Notes under the pieces: model-generated
What the model saw: only the letters and a program-made list of their open reading frames with translations
The model's database searches: none
Told to the model about the DNA's origin: nothing
Shown: piece after piece, positions 25,214-36,304 of the stretch
Numbering within the stretch: position 1 is the stretch's first letter
How the letters are laid out: every line of letters begins with the position of its first letter
DNA from: Candidatus Fermentithermobacillaceae bacterium
Lineage (GTDB): Bacteria > Bacillota > Sulfobacillia > Fermentithermobacillales > Fermentithermobacillaceae
Length of the DNA: 64,000 nucleotides
NCBI GenBank assembly: GCA_012840345.1
Contig: DULO01000093.1
Coordinates: 1,788-65,787, forward strand
Reading direction: 5' to 3'
Program-made: the position numbers and the translations under genes

Positions 25214-25656
25214 ATGACCGCCTCTCTCTCGGGCTCGTCGTGGTCGTAAGCGAGGAGGTGCAACGCTCCGTGTGCCAGCAAAAGGCGTAGTTCCTGGTCT
25301 TCAGTTTTTCCCTCTGACTCCGCCTGCCGCGCGGCCGTCTCCAATGAGATGACGATGTCGCCGAGCATTATCGGCAGTCCCGGCACTTCTTGACGGTCGA
25401 CTTCGCTCTCCATGTCGCACAGGGCAAAAGACAAGACGTCGGTAGGCCCGGAAACGCCCCTGTACTGTTGGTTCAGGTCGGCTATGAAGCAGTCGTCGGT
25501 GTAGAGTACCGATACTTCGCACGACTCGGTGTCTCGCCCTTCCGCCTTAAGCGCGGCCTCGACAGTGCTCACGGCTAGGTTCTCTAGATGGGAACGCCGG
25601 GATGGAGGAAGATCGGGAGTGACCATAAAGTCGACTTCAACGCTCACTATTCGCAC
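25168..25656 (-). CDS. ybeY: endoribonuclease YbeY (rRNA maturation factor)
   Basis: It has a zinc-binding HGALHLLAYDH motif and aligns with B. subtilis YbeY from VRIVSVEV (GTG at 25656). The longer ORF-track N-terminus was judged spurious. Confidence 0.8.
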   Translation of the reverse strand: MRIVSVEVDFMVTPDLPPSRRSHLENLAVSTVEAALKAEGRDTESCEVSVLYTDDCFIADLNQQYRGVSGPTDVLSFALCDMESEVDRQEVPGLPIMLGDIVISLETAARQAESEGKTEDQELRLLLAHGALHLLAYDHDEPEREAVMWEKQARILRAFEKE

Positions 25657-27814
25657 CTTCGTTTCCGTCGGAAGCCTTTGCCGCGGCCTTGTCGTTCTTC
25701 TCGGTCTTCTCATTCTTGTCGGGGTACTCGATCCTGGTATGGAAGATGCCCGTAAGCACTTTGGTAAATGCGTCGGCGATGACATCCAGTTCCCTCAAGG
25801 TCAAGTCAGACCTGTCCAGCTGATGGTCGTTGAGCTTCTCCTGGATGATGCGCCTTACTGTCGACTCGATCCTGGCGGGAGTCGGTTTCGTGATCGACCG
25901 GACCGCGGCTTCCACGCTGTCCGCCAACATCACGATGGCGGTTTCCTTGCTGTCGGGCCTGGGACCCTCGTACCTGAAGTCCCACTCTTCCGGTCCCCTG
26001 TTGTCCTTGGCTTGCTCGGAGGCCTTCATGTAGAAGTAGCTCGCGAGAGTCGTCCCGTGGTGTTCCGAGATGAACTTCCTGATGACCGCGGGCACCTTGT
26101 ACTCTTCAGCCAACTCCAAGCCGTCCCTCACATGGGACGTAATCACGGAGGCCGAGAGCGTCGGGCTCATCTTGTCGTGGGGGTTCTCCATGCCGAACAC
26201 CTGGTTTTCAGAGAAGAAGTACGGGCGCTTGATCTTCCCCACGTCGTGGTAATACGCCCCGACCCGGGCCAAGAGGCTGTTGGCTCCAATAGCGACGGCC
26301 GCGGCCTCAGCAAGATTCCCAACCATAATGCTGTGATGGTAAGTGCCCGGAGCCTCCAGGAGCAATCTGTGCAAGAGCGGGTGGTCCGGATTGGATATCT
26401 CAAGGAGCCTGACAGGCGTGATTATGCCGAACATCATCTCGAGGAGCGGCAAAGAACCGAGGGCCAACACCGCGGACACAACACCGTTTCCCGCGGTGAA
26501 CAGGAGATCCCTGATGGCCAGGGCATCGCCCATAGGTATCGCGCCGATCAAGCCCAGACTGATGTGAATCACCGTATTCACTGCGGAGACGACCAGTCCC
26601 GCTTTCACGATGGCCGTGCGGTTCCAGTCCGCCTTCAGCGTCAGTGACGCCGCGATGCCGCTTACCAGCGATAGGACCACATACCTCATCTCAAAACCGG
26701 TAACGGCGCCGAGGGCAAGGGTAATGCAGGTCGCGTAGAAAACCCCGAGCCGGCGCTCGATCAAGGTCGACGCCAGCATAACGCCCGCGGCCGTGGGGGC
26801 CAAGAGTCCCGAGAACTGGGAGAAGACTTTGACGAGCACAACAGCCAAAACCATGGTGCAGGCCACGAGAGGGAGCTTATCCGAATTCGGCGCGGTCATA
26901 TCGGGATGGTAGGTGTAAAGATAGACTCCCAGGAAACCGAGGATGAGCAGGGTAACCACAAACGAGCCCGACAAGGCGGTAAACCGGACCCTTCCTCCCA
27001 TCATTCCCAGTTCCTCAAGGATGGCTATCTGGTCGTCTGTGACTACCTCGCCTTCCCTGACTATGAACTGCCCGCGCTTTATCCTCACGGGCTCGACGGC
27101 GTCAACGGCTTCCTTTATCCTCCGGGCGGTCTCCTCTTCGTTGAATATGTGATTGGGTCTGAGGTTCTTTTCCACCAGAGCCGACAGGTACGACGCCACC
27201 GGGGCCGGGATATCCTTGTCCGAGTTTAGGGCGCCGGTAATCTGCTCCTTGCCGAGTTGCAGGTTCTCGGCTTTCAGACCCGGCGAAAGGACGCTTTCCA
27301 GAAGGGCGTTCAGCTTCTCTACCGAAGCCTCAACGGTACGGGGAGAGGCTGCCGCCATGGCGATGATGTCCGCGTCAGGCAGGTCGGCGGTCACGAAAGG
27401 CCTCAGCTGGCTCAAGATCTCCTGGGTGGTCATGGTGGGCTGGTTTCCCAAAGAGACGACCTTGTCCTTCATTTCCGCAACCAGCGCCTTCAGGTCGGCG
27501 AGCACCTTGGGGTCCGTCTCCCAAGTTTTGTTCACGCTGGCCGCCTTTTCGGCTTTGAGACGTTCGGTGGCCGCCTTGTCGATGACTTCCTGAGGGGCCT
27601 TCACGTTGATGGGAGAAACTTCGCCGGCCCTAAGCTTTATCTGCTGGGGCACCTGGGAGACGAACAGAACCGCGAAAACCACGACAAAGGTACTCACCGC
27701 CCACAAGATCGCGCGGTAGTGCCGGAGGATTCCAGGCCACTTCCGCTTTTGATGAGGGTTGTCCCCGTTGGGGCGAGTCTTCCCTTTCCCGTTCTGGCGC
27801 TCCTTTTGGCTCAC
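25637..27814 (-). CDS. pgpH: 7TM-receptor HD-GYP-like phosphohydrolase PgpH/YqfF (c-di-AMP phosphodiesterase family)
   Basis: 725 aa. An extracellular N-terminal domain, 7 TM helices and a C-terminal HD domain (YHHSIMVGNLAEAAA...HDVGK) are all present. Confidence 0.85.
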   Translation of the reverse strand: MSQKERQNGKGKTRPNGDNPHQKRKWPGILRHYRAILWAVSTFVVVFAVLFVSQVPQQIKLRAGEVSPINVKAPQEVIDKAATERLKAEKAASVNKTWETDPKVLADLKALVAEMKDKVVSLGNQPTMTTQEILSQLRPFVTADLPDADIIAMAAASPRTVEASVEKLNALLESVLSPGLKAENLQLGKEQITGALNSDKDIPAPVASYLSALVEKNLRPNHIFNEEETARRIKEAVDAVEPVRIKRGQFIVREGEVVTDDQIAILEELGMMGGRVRFTALSGSFVVTLLILGFLGVYLYTYHPDMTAPNSDKLPLVACTMVLAVVLVKVFSQFSGLLAPTAAGVMLASTLIERRLGVFYATCITLALGAVTGFEMRYVVLSLVSGIAASLTLKADWNRTAIVKAGLVVSAVNTVIHISLGLIGAIPMGDALAIRDLLFTAGNGVVSAVLALGSLPLLEMMFGIITPVRLLEISNPDHPLLHRLLLEAPGTYHHSIMVGNLAEAAAVAIGANSLLARVGAYYHDVGKIKRPYFFSENQVFGMENPHDKMSPTLSASVITSHVRDGLELAEEYKVPAVIRKFISEHHGTTLASYFYMKASEQAKDNRGPEEWDFRYEGPRPDSKETAIVMLADSVEAAVRSITKPTPARIESTVRRIIQEKLNDHQLDRSDLTLRELDVIADAFTKVLTGIFHTRIEYPDKNEKTEKNDKAAAKASDGNEGANSER

Positions 27815-28794
27815 TGCCTCGATTTCCCCTCTTTCCAGGCCATCTCGTCAAACTTGTCGTACGCCCGGATTATCCTGGACACCAGCTCGTGCCTCACTAC
27901 GTCTCTGTCTGAAAGGTACACGAACGCGATTCCCGGGATATCTCTTAGGATCACACGCACTTGGTCCAGGCCTGAATAAGTGCCCTTTGGCAGGTCTATC
28001 TGTGTTATGTCTCCCGTGACCACCGCCTTGGAGTTGAGCCCCATGCGGGTCAGAAACATCTTCATCTGCTCAGGAGTGGTATTCTGGGCTTCGTCCAAGA
28101 TCACGTACGCGGACTCCAGCGTCCTTCCCCTCATGTACGCCAGAGGGGCTACCTCGATCATGCCCTTCTCCATATACTTTTGAAACGTCTCGATCCCTAT
28201 CACGTCAAAAAGCGCGTCGTACAGGGGACGAAGGTACGGGTTCACCTTCTCCTGAATATCCCCGGGGAGAAAGCCCAACCTCTCCCCCGCCTCAACGGCG
28301 GGACGCGTCAGTATGATCCGGTCTACTTCCTTCTTCTTGAACGCGGCTACCGCCATGGCCACCGCGAGATAGGTCTTGCCTGTGCCGGCGGGACCTATAC
28401 AAAAGACCAGGGGGTTCTCCCTGATGGCCTTGATGTACTCTTTCTGGCCGTCAGTGCGCGGGCCGATAGCTCGTCCCCGGGCGTTTACCAGGATGCTCCC
28501 GCCTAAATCCTGCAAGGTGTTTCCTTCTTTTGCGGCGCGGACCGCGTACCGGACATCGTGAGCCGTCACCTTCTGGCCCGACCTAGCCTGATGAAGCAGG
28601 TGCTCGATGACCGCTTTGGCCGTGCGCAGTTCCACAGAGCCCCCCGAAACAGTAAGGTCCTTACCGCGGGCGACTATCTTCACATCGAGGGCGTCTTCCA
28701 ACAGAGCGAGATTCTCATCGTAGGAGCCGAAAAGCCGAAACATCTCTCCGTTGTCTTGCAACTCGAAGACGAGTTGAGATCCGTGTGACGTCAA
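27811..28794 (-). CDS. phoH: PhoH-family ATPase (YqfE-like)
   Basis: 327 aa. It has a Walker A (GPAGTGKT) and the PhoH signature LTRPAVEAGERLGFLPGD. Confidence 0.9.
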   Translation of the reverse strand: MTSHGSQLVFELQDNGEMFRLFGSYDENLALLEDALDVKIVARGKDLTVSGGSVELRTAKAVIEHLLHQARSGQKVTAHDVRYAVRAAKEGNTLQDLGGSILVNARGRAIGPRTDGQKEYIKAIRENPLVFCIGPAGTGKTYLAVAMAVAAFKKKEVDRIILTRPAVEAGERLGFLPGDIQEKVNPYLRPLYDALFDVIGIETFQKYMEKGMIEVAPLAYMRGRTLESAYVILDEAQNTTPEQMKMFLTRMGLNSKAVVTGDITQIDLPKGTYSGLDQVRVILRDIPGIAFVYLSDRDVVRHELVSRIIRAYDKFDEMAWKEGKSRQ

Positions 28795-29978
28795 TTAGAA
28801 ACCTCCGTATCTTTACTGGGCCACGGCCTGACTACGCCAATATCCTCGATGGCTGACGCGACGGCCCTGACATATACGGTCTCCCCATCTGTTCGCAAGT
28901 CCTCACAGGTCAAGTCTATCAATTTCGCCGAAGAAGGCAACCGCCTTTGGACAGAATCCTTGGCCTGCCTTTCTGCGATCTCTTTCGCTTCCTCATAGCT
29001 AAGAACCTGCTCCATCCAGGTAATTTCATAATACACCCGGGTGATCACTTCTAGATTGACCCCTTTTGAGCCGCTCCTTCCGATCTTCCACAGGGGATAG
29101 TCTTCCACTTCGTACCACTGAAACGCGTCCCTCTTGCCCAGGAGAGTGAATTCGTTTCCGGCGTAGCGGATGACTTTGGCTTCCACTTTGTTGCCCGTCC
29201 TCATGGGGAGGACTCTTCTCACCGGCATTTCGTTGCGCCCTTCGTAGAAAGTAAGCGCGGTCACCGTGCCTCGCGCCCCGCGCCCGGTCTCCCGGTCTCC
29301 TTCTATGAGCACGTCGCCTTTTTGGACAGTTTGTCCGGGAACCACTTTCGGCACTCCTGACAAGACAAGGATTGAATCTATGACGCCATCCTTGCTCGCT
29401 ACTAGGTCGCCCGGCTGCTCAATCTCAGGTCTGGTCTTCTCAACAACTTGGATTTCCGCCATAGTCCCCTGAAACCGGACGTAAACCCAAGCAATAAGCG
29501 GTATCTCCCGGAGGATGGTGGTCTCCACTTCGTCAGGGGATATGCGTGACTTTCTCGCGCCTGTGATAAGCCCGGCGTTTTCTGCCACTCTGAGGATTTC
29601 TTCGGGGTCCACCTTTTCGGCGCCTGTCACCCTAATGGCCCACACGGATCCTGAGAGGTATATGAAAAGAGCGGCCAGAATCAGCGCCGCCCAAAGCAAG
29701 AAAGGGCGCCTCCTCACCTTTCCGATGAAAAAGGGGAGGCCGACGCGCTTTATTATCCTCGGCACGCACTTGGCTTTTCTGGCCAGCGGCCTTATCTCCT
29801 TGTACTTGGACAGGGTTGTGGCGAAAGTCGCCTCGTTCTCGCCTATCACGAAGTCCCAGACCGGAAACCCGTTGGCAAGGCAGAGGTTTACCAGGCGTTC
29901 GGGGTTCTTACCTCGAACGCTCACTACCACGTAACCCAACAAGTACTCCCGTGTTCTCTTAAGTCCCGGAGCGCTCAT
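28791..29978 (-). CDS. yqfD: sporulation protein YqfD (stage IV sporulation)
   Basis: 395 aa. The N-terminus matches the YqfD family (YVVVSVRGKNPERLVNLCLANGFPVWD) and there is a central TM helix. Confidence 0.85.
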   Translation of the reverse strand: MSAPGLKRTREYLLGYVVVSVRGKNPERLVNLCLANGFPVWDFVIGENEATFATTLSKYKEIRPLARKAKCVPRIIKRVGLPFFIGKVRRRPFLLWAALILAALFIYLSGSVWAIRVTGAEKVDPEEILRVAENAGLITGARKSRISPDEVETTILREIPLIAWVYVRFQGTMAEIQVVEKTRPEIEQPGDLVASKDGVIDSILVLSGVPKVVPGQTVQKGDVLIEGDRETGRGARGTVTALTFYEGRNEMPVRRVLPMRTGNKVEAKVIRYAGNEFTLLGKRDAFQWYEVEDYPLWKIGRSGSKGVNLEVITRVYYEITWMEQVLSYEEAKEIAERQAKDSVQRRLPSSAKLIDLTCEDLRTDGETVYVRAVASAIEDIGVVRPWPSKDTEVSN

Positions 29979-30056
29979 TCACCCACCGTCCCTGTGGATG
30001 CCTTCGCCATCTGGTGGCTCATAGGTGCCTGCCTGTCTTCGCCGGCCAGTTCGCGG

Positions 30057-30326
30057 CTAGTTCTCCATGTGGACCGACTTGATGGAACCACGGATTACGA
30101 TGTCTTCCCTGCTGACTTCCTCAACTTCCAGGCCGTCTCCTAAGATGGTGATCTGGCCCGGCCCGATTCCTATGGCAATGCGTTCAGGAGAGCACATGAT
30201 TATGCCGCGGTGGTTTTGGATGAGGACTCCCAGATGCCCGTGGATCACAACCCTCGGAAGGTCCAGACTCACGTCGACCGGGAGTTCCAGAATCTCGGAG
30301 AGGTTTTGTCTCAGTTTCTTACGCAC
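30057..30326 (-). CDS. yqfC: sporulation protein YqfC
   Basis: About 90 aa from the GTG at 30326, preceded by a GGAGGG ribosome-binding site. The ELPVDVSLDLPRVVIHGHLGVLIQNHRGIIMCS pattern is typical of YqfC. The longer ORF-track N-terminus was discarded. Confidence 0.75.
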   Translation of the reverse strand: MRKKLRQNLSEILELPVDVSLDLPRVVIHGHLGVLIQNHRGIIMCSPERIAIGIGPGQITILGDGLEVEEVSREDIVIRGSIKSVHMEN

Positions 30327-30606
30327 CTTAATCCCTCCAAAGATGCCTAAGAAGAGTCTATGAGGGAGACTGCCGGTACTTGCGAACAATTCCTTGAGGG
30401 GTCCCGTCCCTCGGCTAGCCCGTCCAGGGAGGGACTCCGCACCCTGGTAGTCACCAGTTGACAACTTCTCCGGCGCAAGGCATCTCTGGTTGATAACTCA
30501 GTGCTCCGAAGCCGTCAGTTTTTGAGGACTCCTCCGTGAGTGGGTGGAACGTGGCTGTGACATGGGTGGATAGCTGGAAAGTGGAAGGTGGAAATAAGAA
30601 GTAAGA

Positions 30607-30630
30607 GGCCGCGGGGGAATCCCGCGGCCT
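30607..30630 (-). terminator. rho-independent terminator of rpsU
   Basis: GGCCGCGGG-GGAAT-CCCGCGGCC is a 9-bp stem. It is followed on the minus strand by TCTTACTTCTTATTTCC. Confidence 0.65.
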
Positions 30631-30675
30631 CAACTATTTCACGTCACGAGGCTATAGGCATCTAGCGCACTCAGC

Positions 30676-30858
30676 TTAACGCATCCGGCGCTTTCTCTGC
30701 CTGGCGGCCTCCGACTTCTTCTTCCTTCTTACGCTTGGACTTTCGTAATGCTCGTGCTTCCGAACATCCCTAAGGACACCTGAACGCTGGCATTCTCTCT
30801 TGAAGCGGCGCAGGGCACTGTCGAAGTTTTCATCTTTTCCAACTCTGATCTCTGGCAA
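30676..30858 (-). CDS. rpsU: 30S ribosomal protein S21
   Basis: [47 protein letters not shown] matches S21. TTG start at 30858 with a GGAGGG ribosome-binding site. Confidence 0.9.
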   Translation of the reverse strand: MPEIRVGKDENFDSALRRFKRECQRSGVLRDVRKHEHYESPSVRRKKKSEAARQRKRRMR

Positions 30859-30951
30859 GTCTGAATCCCTCCCTCCGCCGCAGTCGTTTCCCCTACTCCC
30901 GAGAACACTAGGGATTGTACAATACACGACCTCATCCGGTCAATTACAAAC

Positions 30952-32055
30952 CTACGCTCGGAGGCGCACTTCCCTCCAAGAAGAAGCCTGCCGTTCCACC
31001 GCAAGTTCAACCAGCGTCTTGACCAGTTCGGGGAAAGACAATCCGGACGCCTCCCAGAGCTTGGGGTACATGCTTATGGAGGTAAAGCCGGGAATGGTAT
31101 TCAGCTCGTTGACCAGCACGTCGCCCTTGGCAGGGTTAACAAAGAAGTCGACCCGGGCCATTCCTTTGCATCCTGTGGCCTGGAAGGCTCTTATGGCGAT
31201 ATCCTGGACTTTTTTCGCCAGCACCGGCTCAAGCGGAGCCGGTATCCTTAGTTCGGTATCATCATCGATGTACTTGGCCCTGTAATCGTAGAACTCGCGC
31301 TTCGGCAGGATCTGGCCCGGGATTGACGCCACGGGCTCGTCGTTGCCCAGAACGCTGCACTCTATCTCAAGGAAGCCTTCCTGAGAGGGCTCCAGCAAGG
31401 CCTTGGTATCGTACAGAAACGCCAAATCCAGCGCCTCCGGGAGCGCTTCCATAGTCTTCACCTTTGTGACTCCCAGGCTGGAGCCTGAAGCCGAAGGCTT
31501 CACAAACACCGGGAGCCGGATTAGCCTGCTAAGGTGCTCCAGGACTTCCTCCGGCCTGGACTGCCACTGGAACCTCTCTACCGCGACGGCAGGCACATGA
31601 GGGACGCCGTAGGTGGTCAATACCCTCTTAGTCGTATCTTTGTCCATGCAGATGGCCGAGGCCAGCACCGGCGCCCCGACATAAGGAATACCCGCAAGCT
31701 CCAACAATCCCTGAACCGTGCCGTCTTCGCCGTATGAACCGTGGAGCACCGGAAACACGACGTCAATCTTTGGCCGCTCCACTCCCATTCCCTGCACGAA
31801 CAGGCCTTTTTGGGTTGGATCGGGCAGGATGTGACATGCCGGCCCCATGCCGTCGGTGACCTCAGCAAATCCGGAGTTGAAAAACGCCCGACAATCGCCG
31901 AGATATACCCAACATCCCTCGCGGGCAATGCCCACCCCCATTGTCCGGTAACCGTTGGCAACAGCGGCTTGGTACACAGCTTTGGCTGACCTTACCGATA
32001 CTTCGTGCTCGCCGGACCGACCGCCGAAAAACAAACACAACCTGGTTTCTGACAT
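30952..32055 (-). CDS. ddl: D-alanine--D-alanine ligase
   Basis: 367 aa with an ATP-grasp fold and a CLFFGGRSGEHEVS N-terminus. Confidence 0.9.
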   Translation of the reverse strand: MSETRLCLFFGGRSGEHEVSVRSAKAVYQAAVANGYRTMGVGIAREGCWVYLGDCRAFFNSGFAEVTDGMGPACHILPDPTQKGLFVQGMGVERPKIDVVFPVLHGSYGEDGTVQGLLELAGIPYVGAPVLASAICMDKDTTKRVLTTYGVPHVPAVAVERFQWQSRPEEVLEHLSRLIRLPVFVKPSASGSSLGVTKVKTMEALPEALDLAFLYDTKALLEPSQEGFLEIECSVLGNDEPVASIPGQILPKREFYDYRAKYIDDDTELRIPAPLEPVLAKKVQDIAIRAFQATGCKGMARVDFFVNPAKGDVLVNELNTIPGFTSISMYPKLWEASGLSFPELVKTLVELAVERQASSWREVRLRA

Positions 32056-32066
32056 GCCAATCCCCC

Positions 32067-33365
32067 TTATGCCTTACAGAGCACTCCGTCAGGCGCGAGG
32101 CTTACAACAGTAGCTTGCAGCAGCGTCCCGCGTAAGTTGTCGCTGCCCTCAATGTAAGCGCGGATGTAGTTTCTGGTTACTCCCGTGAGGCTCCCATCGG
32201 GGGCTCTATCGTCTTCTACCAGAATCTCAACTGGCCTACCTATATGTTTACTGTGAAAATCCCTTGAGAGTTCCCTACCTAGCTCGATAAGGCGGTCGAT
32301 CCGGGCGTCCTTTTCCTTGTCCGCCACTTTCTCGCCAAACTCGGCGGCCCTGGTGCCGGGACGCGCCGAGAACTTGAAGGCATGGATCCGGGAAAAAGCG
32401 GCTGCTCTAGCCACGTCGAGGGTGGCTTGAAAGTCCTTTTCGGTCTCTCCGGGGAATCCCGCGATTATGTCCGTCGAGATGCCCACGTCCGGCGCTACTT
32501 CCCGGACGCTCTCGACGATGTGCAAGAACTCCTCGCTCGTGTAGCGGCGCCCCATCCTCCTGAGCACGCCGTCACTCCCGCTTTGTAGGGGCAGGTGCAG
32601 GTGATGGCAAATCTGGGGGAACCTTAGGCAGTGGATGAGATCGGGCGTCACATCGTGGGGCTCCAGGGAGCTTATCCGCAACCGGGTTAGCCCTTTAATA
32701 TCGCAAATCATCCTTATTATCTCGGGAAGCCCCACCGTCTTGCCGTTATGGGTCTCACTGTAGAGGCCCAAGTGGGTTCCGGTAAGGACGATTTCTTTGA
32801 ATCCCTTTTCAACAAGGCTCTTCGCTTCTGAAAGCACCGCATCCACGTTCCTGGACCGGGACGGCCCCCGGGCGTATGGGACTATGCAGTAGGAACAGAA
32901 GTCCCCGCATCCTTCCTGTATCTTCATAAAAGCCCTGGTAAGAGACGGGCTCGGTACAGGAGTCTCCTCGAAAGCTTCTCCCTGCTCATGAGGGAGTACG
33001 GCAACGATCGGGCGGTCGCGGTCTTCGGCCAGCGCTTGCTCCGCCAGGGAGGCGAGCTCCCCGCGCCCGCGCACTCCTCCGACGACGATGACTCCCGGAA
33101 TGCCCGCTATCTCGTCCTTGGCGACTTGCGAGTAGCATCCGGTGACGATTACCTTGGCGCCTGTCCGCGCGGCGGCCCGGATGGCCTGGCGGCACTTTGC
33201 GGCGCTTCTGGAAGTTACGGCGCAAGTGTTTATGACAACTATATCTGCCGGCCCCTCGTCCAGGACCTCAAATCCACGCTGACGAAAGGTCTCTTTCAGG
33301 TAGTCGGTGTCATACTGGTTCTGCTTGCAGCCCAACGTGCGGAAAGAAACTGTTTTCCGTGACAA
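32067..33365 (-). CDS. mtaB: tRNA methylthiotransferase MtaB (radical-SAM MiaB-like, YqeV)
   Basis: 432 aa. It has an N-terminal MTTase domain (FRTLGCKQNQYDTDY), a radical-SAM CxxxCxxC motif (CGDFCSYC) and a TRAM domain. Confidence 0.85.
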   Translation of the reverse strand: MSRKTVSFRTLGCKQNQYDTDYLKETFRQRGFEVLDEGPADIVVINTCAVTSRSAAKCRQAIRAAARTGAKVIVTGCYSQVAKDEIAGIPGVIVVGGVRGRGELASLAEQALAEDRDRPIVAVLPHEQGEAFEETPVPSPSLTRAFMKIQEGCGDFCSYCIVPYARGPSRSRNVDAVLSEAKSLVEKGFKEIVLTGTHLGLYSETHNGKTVGLPEIIRMICDIKGLTRLRISSLEPHDVTPDLIHCLRFPQICHHLHLPLQSGSDGVLRRMGRRYTSEEFLHIVESVREVAPDVGISTDIIAGFPGETEKDFQATLDVARAAAFSRIHAFKFSARPGTRAAEFGEKVADKEKDARIDRLIELGRELSRDFHSKHIGRPVEILVEDDRAPDGSLTGVTRNYIRAYIEGSDNLRGTLLQATVVSLAPDGVLCKA

Positions 33366-33440
33366 AGGCGTAAACCCCTCGCTCTTCTTCTGCTGCCATC
33401 ATTATAACCGTATAAAGGGGTCCCGCCCTTACAGGGTTTG

Positions 33441-34154
33441 CTATTGCGCCGGTTTCCTCGCTATGTTCTCGGACACGGTCACCAGCATCAGGCCTTTTTC
33501 TCTAAGCCCGTCGATAAGCGTGGGCAGGGCGGCTACCGTGTTCTCGGTCGGGTGCAGGAGGATCAAGCATCCGGGGCCCGCTCCCGCCAGCGCGCGTTTC
33601 CAGATGGTCTCGGGCGGGGGATGCCGCCAGTCCACGGTATCCACTGTCCAGAGCACGGTCTGATATCCGATTTCCAAGGCATACAGCACCGTCTTGTCGT
33701 TCCATTCCCCATAGGGCGGGGCGAACAATGGCGACGGCTTGACGCCTGTGGCAAGCTGGATCCGCTCCTCACCTTTGAGGATTAGGGACTGAAGTTTATC
33801 CTTGGGCATGGTCTCAACATGCAGGTGGGACGCCCCGTGGTTTCCCACCTCGTGGCCTTCCTGGACAATCTTCTTGGCGAGCTCAGCGTTTCTTTCGACC
33901 CACGTGCCCGTCGGGAAGAAGGTGGCCTTGGCGTTCTTTTCCTTGAGGATATCGAGGAGCTGGGGGATGTACTCTTCTCCCCAATCAACGTTAAATATTA
34001 GACTTGCGCAGGGGCTTTGGGTGTTTCCTTTGTGAATAGGGGCGCAGGCAGCCGTGGAACCGCCGTACATGCCCACTATGTTCGCGGCGCCTAGAGCCCA
34101 GAGCGCCGCCGATAGCGCCAAGGCCGCGAAATACTTCCTCTTGACTACCAGCAT
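33441..34154 (-). CDS. polysaccharide deacetylase family protein (PdaB-like, sporulation-associated)
   Basis: It has a signal peptide and a NodB domain (ATFFPTGTW, HEVGNHGASH). Confidence 0.8.
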   Translation of the reverse strand: MLVVKRKYFAALALSAALWALGAANIVGMYGGSTAACAPIHKGNTQSPCASLIFNVDWGEEYIPQLLDILKEKNAKATFFPTGTWVERNAELAKKIVQEGHEVGNHGASHLHVETMPKDKLQSLILKGEERIQLATGVKPSPLFAPPYGEWNDKTVLYALEIGYQTVLWTVDTVDWRHPPPETIWKRALAGAGPGCLILLHPTENTVAALPTLIDGLREKGLMLVTVSENIARKPAQ

Positions 34155-34317
34155 ATGAAGCACCTCGATTCTATCGGGGACGGTTCTCCGGGCCGGGAGC
34201 GGGTGTTTGTCTAACAAACATACCGAGCCCTAAGGAAGGGTTATGAGGAGGAATCCCACTTAATGCCTTTGGACAGGTAGTTTCGCTCGTCACGCAACAG
34301 GTGGGTACCCTGTCGGT

Positions 34318-35157
34318 CTAGAGCAAGAGAAAACGCATCAAGATGGCCACCGCCGCGATGGAGGCCGTCTCGGCTTTCAGTATGTAGGGTCCCAGTGACA
34401 TGGGAGAAAAACCCGCGGCCATGGCAGATTCAACTTCAGAGGAATCCAGACCGCCCTCGGGACCGATGAGGACCGATACCTCGGACTGTCCTTGAAGCAG
34501 TTCAGGCAGGGAAGCTCCCTTCACCTCATGCTCGTGGGCAAGCAGCCGCCGGCCCCGGACGGCACCCCTAAGCGCTTCGTCCAGCGAGGTCACCCCGGCT
34601 ATCTCGGGAACAAAGGGCCTTCCGCACTGCTGGGCAGCGGCTTTGGCGATCTTATCCCACCGTTCCTTGCGGGAAGCGGCTTTCTCGGACTCCAGTCTGG
34701 GGATGGTCCTAGACGTGATGACTGGATGTATGGAAGCCACGCCGAGTTCAGTAGCCTTTTCCACCACGAGGTCAAACTTCTGGCCCTTCAACAGGGCCGC
34801 GTACAGGTGGACGGCAACCGGAGGCGCTGAGAGAGTCTGTCTGCCAACAATGTCGGCCAAGAGACTGTCGCCCTTCACCGAGATAACCTTAGCTTCGTAA
34901 CCGGTTTGCCCGAGCACTGCCCGGAAGACTTCTCCGGGCCGGAGCCGCTTGGCCATGGCGTGGCGGAACAGGTCTTCGGTGAGGACAATCTGACCTCCGA
35001 GCACCATCTCGGAGGTTACGAAGAACTGAGGAGGAGTGTGGGCGGCGTCCACAGACGTTTCGCTTGGTGACGCCCGGCGCTGGTCACCGAGGGCATTTTC
35101 TGAACCGGCCAAAGACCGGGGTTGGTTGCCGGCGCTCCGCCGCTCGTCACTTTGCAC
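34318..35157 (-). CDS. rsmE: 16S rRNA (uracil1498-N3)-methyltransferase RsmE
   Basis: It has a PUA-like N-terminus and a SPOUT domain ([11 protein letters not shown]...LIGPEGG). The true start is probably internal, near PQFFV. Confidence 0.8.
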   Translation of the reverse strand: MQSDERRSAGNQPRSLAGSENALGDQRRASPSETSVDAAHTPPQFFVTSEMVLGGQIVLTEDLFRHAMAKRLRPGEVFRAVLGQTGYEAKVISVKGDSLLADIVGRQTLSAPPVAVHLYAALLKGQKFDLVVEKATELGVASIHPVITSRTIPRLESEKAASRKERWDKIAKAAAQQCGRPFVPEIAGVTSLDEALRGAVRGRRLLAHEHEVKGASLPELLQGQSEVSVLIGPEGGLDSSEVESAMAAGFSPMSLGPYILKAETASIAAVAILMRFLLL

Positions 35158-36304
35158 CTTGGTCGCCCGCTCCTCTCAGCTTCTGGAAAAACGTCCTGGT
35201 GTCGTTGAAGGTCTCTCCATCGAGCTTGCCCAGCTCTTTTAGGGCCTCGCGCTCTCTGGACGTAAGCTTGGTGGGTACCCTCACGTTTACGCGGACCAGG
35301 AGGTCGCCCCGGCCTTTCTGCCTGAGCCTGGGCATTCCTTTGCCCCTCAGCCTCAAGATGGCGTTAGGTTGAGTGCCGGAGGGGATCTCCAGTTCCACTC
35401 GTCCCTCGAGGGTCTCCAGGGTGGTCTTTCCTCCTATGGCCGCCAAGGGGAAGCTCACGGCCCGGTCGACGATAAGATCGTCGCCTTGCCGTTGGAAGAC
35501 CGGGTGGGGTTTAACAAATACCACAACGTACAGATCTCCCGGCGCTCCGCCGCGGATGCCAGCGTTGCCCTGTCCGGACAGCCTTAGCCTCAATCCGGAG
35601 TCGGCCCCGGGCGGGATCTTCACAGTGACCCCTCTGGTCCTGCGGACCTCCCCTGTACCGTCGCACTCCTTGCAAGGCTTCTCGACGTACCTGCCCGTGC
35701 CTCCGCACTTGCCGCAGGTTGTAACCGTCACGAACTGACCAAGCATAGTGGTCCTGGTGGTCCTGACTTGGCCTGTACCGTGGCAGGCCGGACAAGTGAC
35801 GGGCTTGGTGCCCGGCTCGGCGCCATCGCCGTCGCACCTTGGGCATTTTTCTGTGCGCGGGATCCTCACGTCACGCTCGGTGCCGGAGAAAGCCTCCTCC
35901 AGGGAGATCTCGACCTCCAGCTCAAGGTCTGCGCCTCGCCTAGGGCCGGTATCACGCCTGCCGCCGCCAAAAACGTTCCCAAAACCGCCGAAGATGTCCC
36001 CGAATGGGAAACCTCCGAACCCCTCAAACACCCTGCCGAAGGGGTCCTCCCCGCCTCCTCCGCCTCCGGGCCCGGGTCCGGCCACCGGACCGTTGGGGTT
36101 CCCGTAAGCATCGTAGTTAGCCTTCTTGGCGGGGTCAGACAGCACATCGTAAGCCTCGTTAATCTCTTTAAACCTGGCTTCCGCTGTCGGATCCCCGGGG
36201 TTGGCGTCCGGGTGATACTTCTTGGCCAGCTGCCTGAAGGCTTTCTTTATCTCTTCCTGGGACGCGTTTTTGTCCACGCCCAGTACTTCATAGTAATCCT
36301 TCAT
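35147..36304 (-). CDS. dnaJ: chaperone DnaJ
   Basis: 385 aa. It has a J domain with HPD, a G/F region and a four-times CxxCxGxG zinc finger. Confidence 0.95.
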   Translation of the reverse strand: MKDYYEVLGVDKNASQEEIKKAFRQLAKKYHPDANPGDPTAEARFKEINEAYDVLSDPAKKANYDAYGNPNGPVAGPGPGGGGGGEDPFGRVFEGFGGFPFGDIFGGFGNVFGGGRRDTGPRRGADLELEVEISLEEAFSGTERDVRIPRTEKCPRCDGDGAEPGTKPVTCPACHGTGQVRTTRTTMLGQFVTVTTCGKCGGTGRYVEKPCKECDGTGEVRRTRGVTVKIPPGADSGLRLRLSGQGNAGIRGGAPGDLYVVVFVKPHPVFQRQGDDLIVDRAVSFPLAAIGGKTTLETLEGRVELEIPSGTQPNAILRLRGKGMPRLRQKGRGDLLVRVNVRVPTKLTSREREALKELGKLDGETFNDTRTFFQKLRGAGDQGAK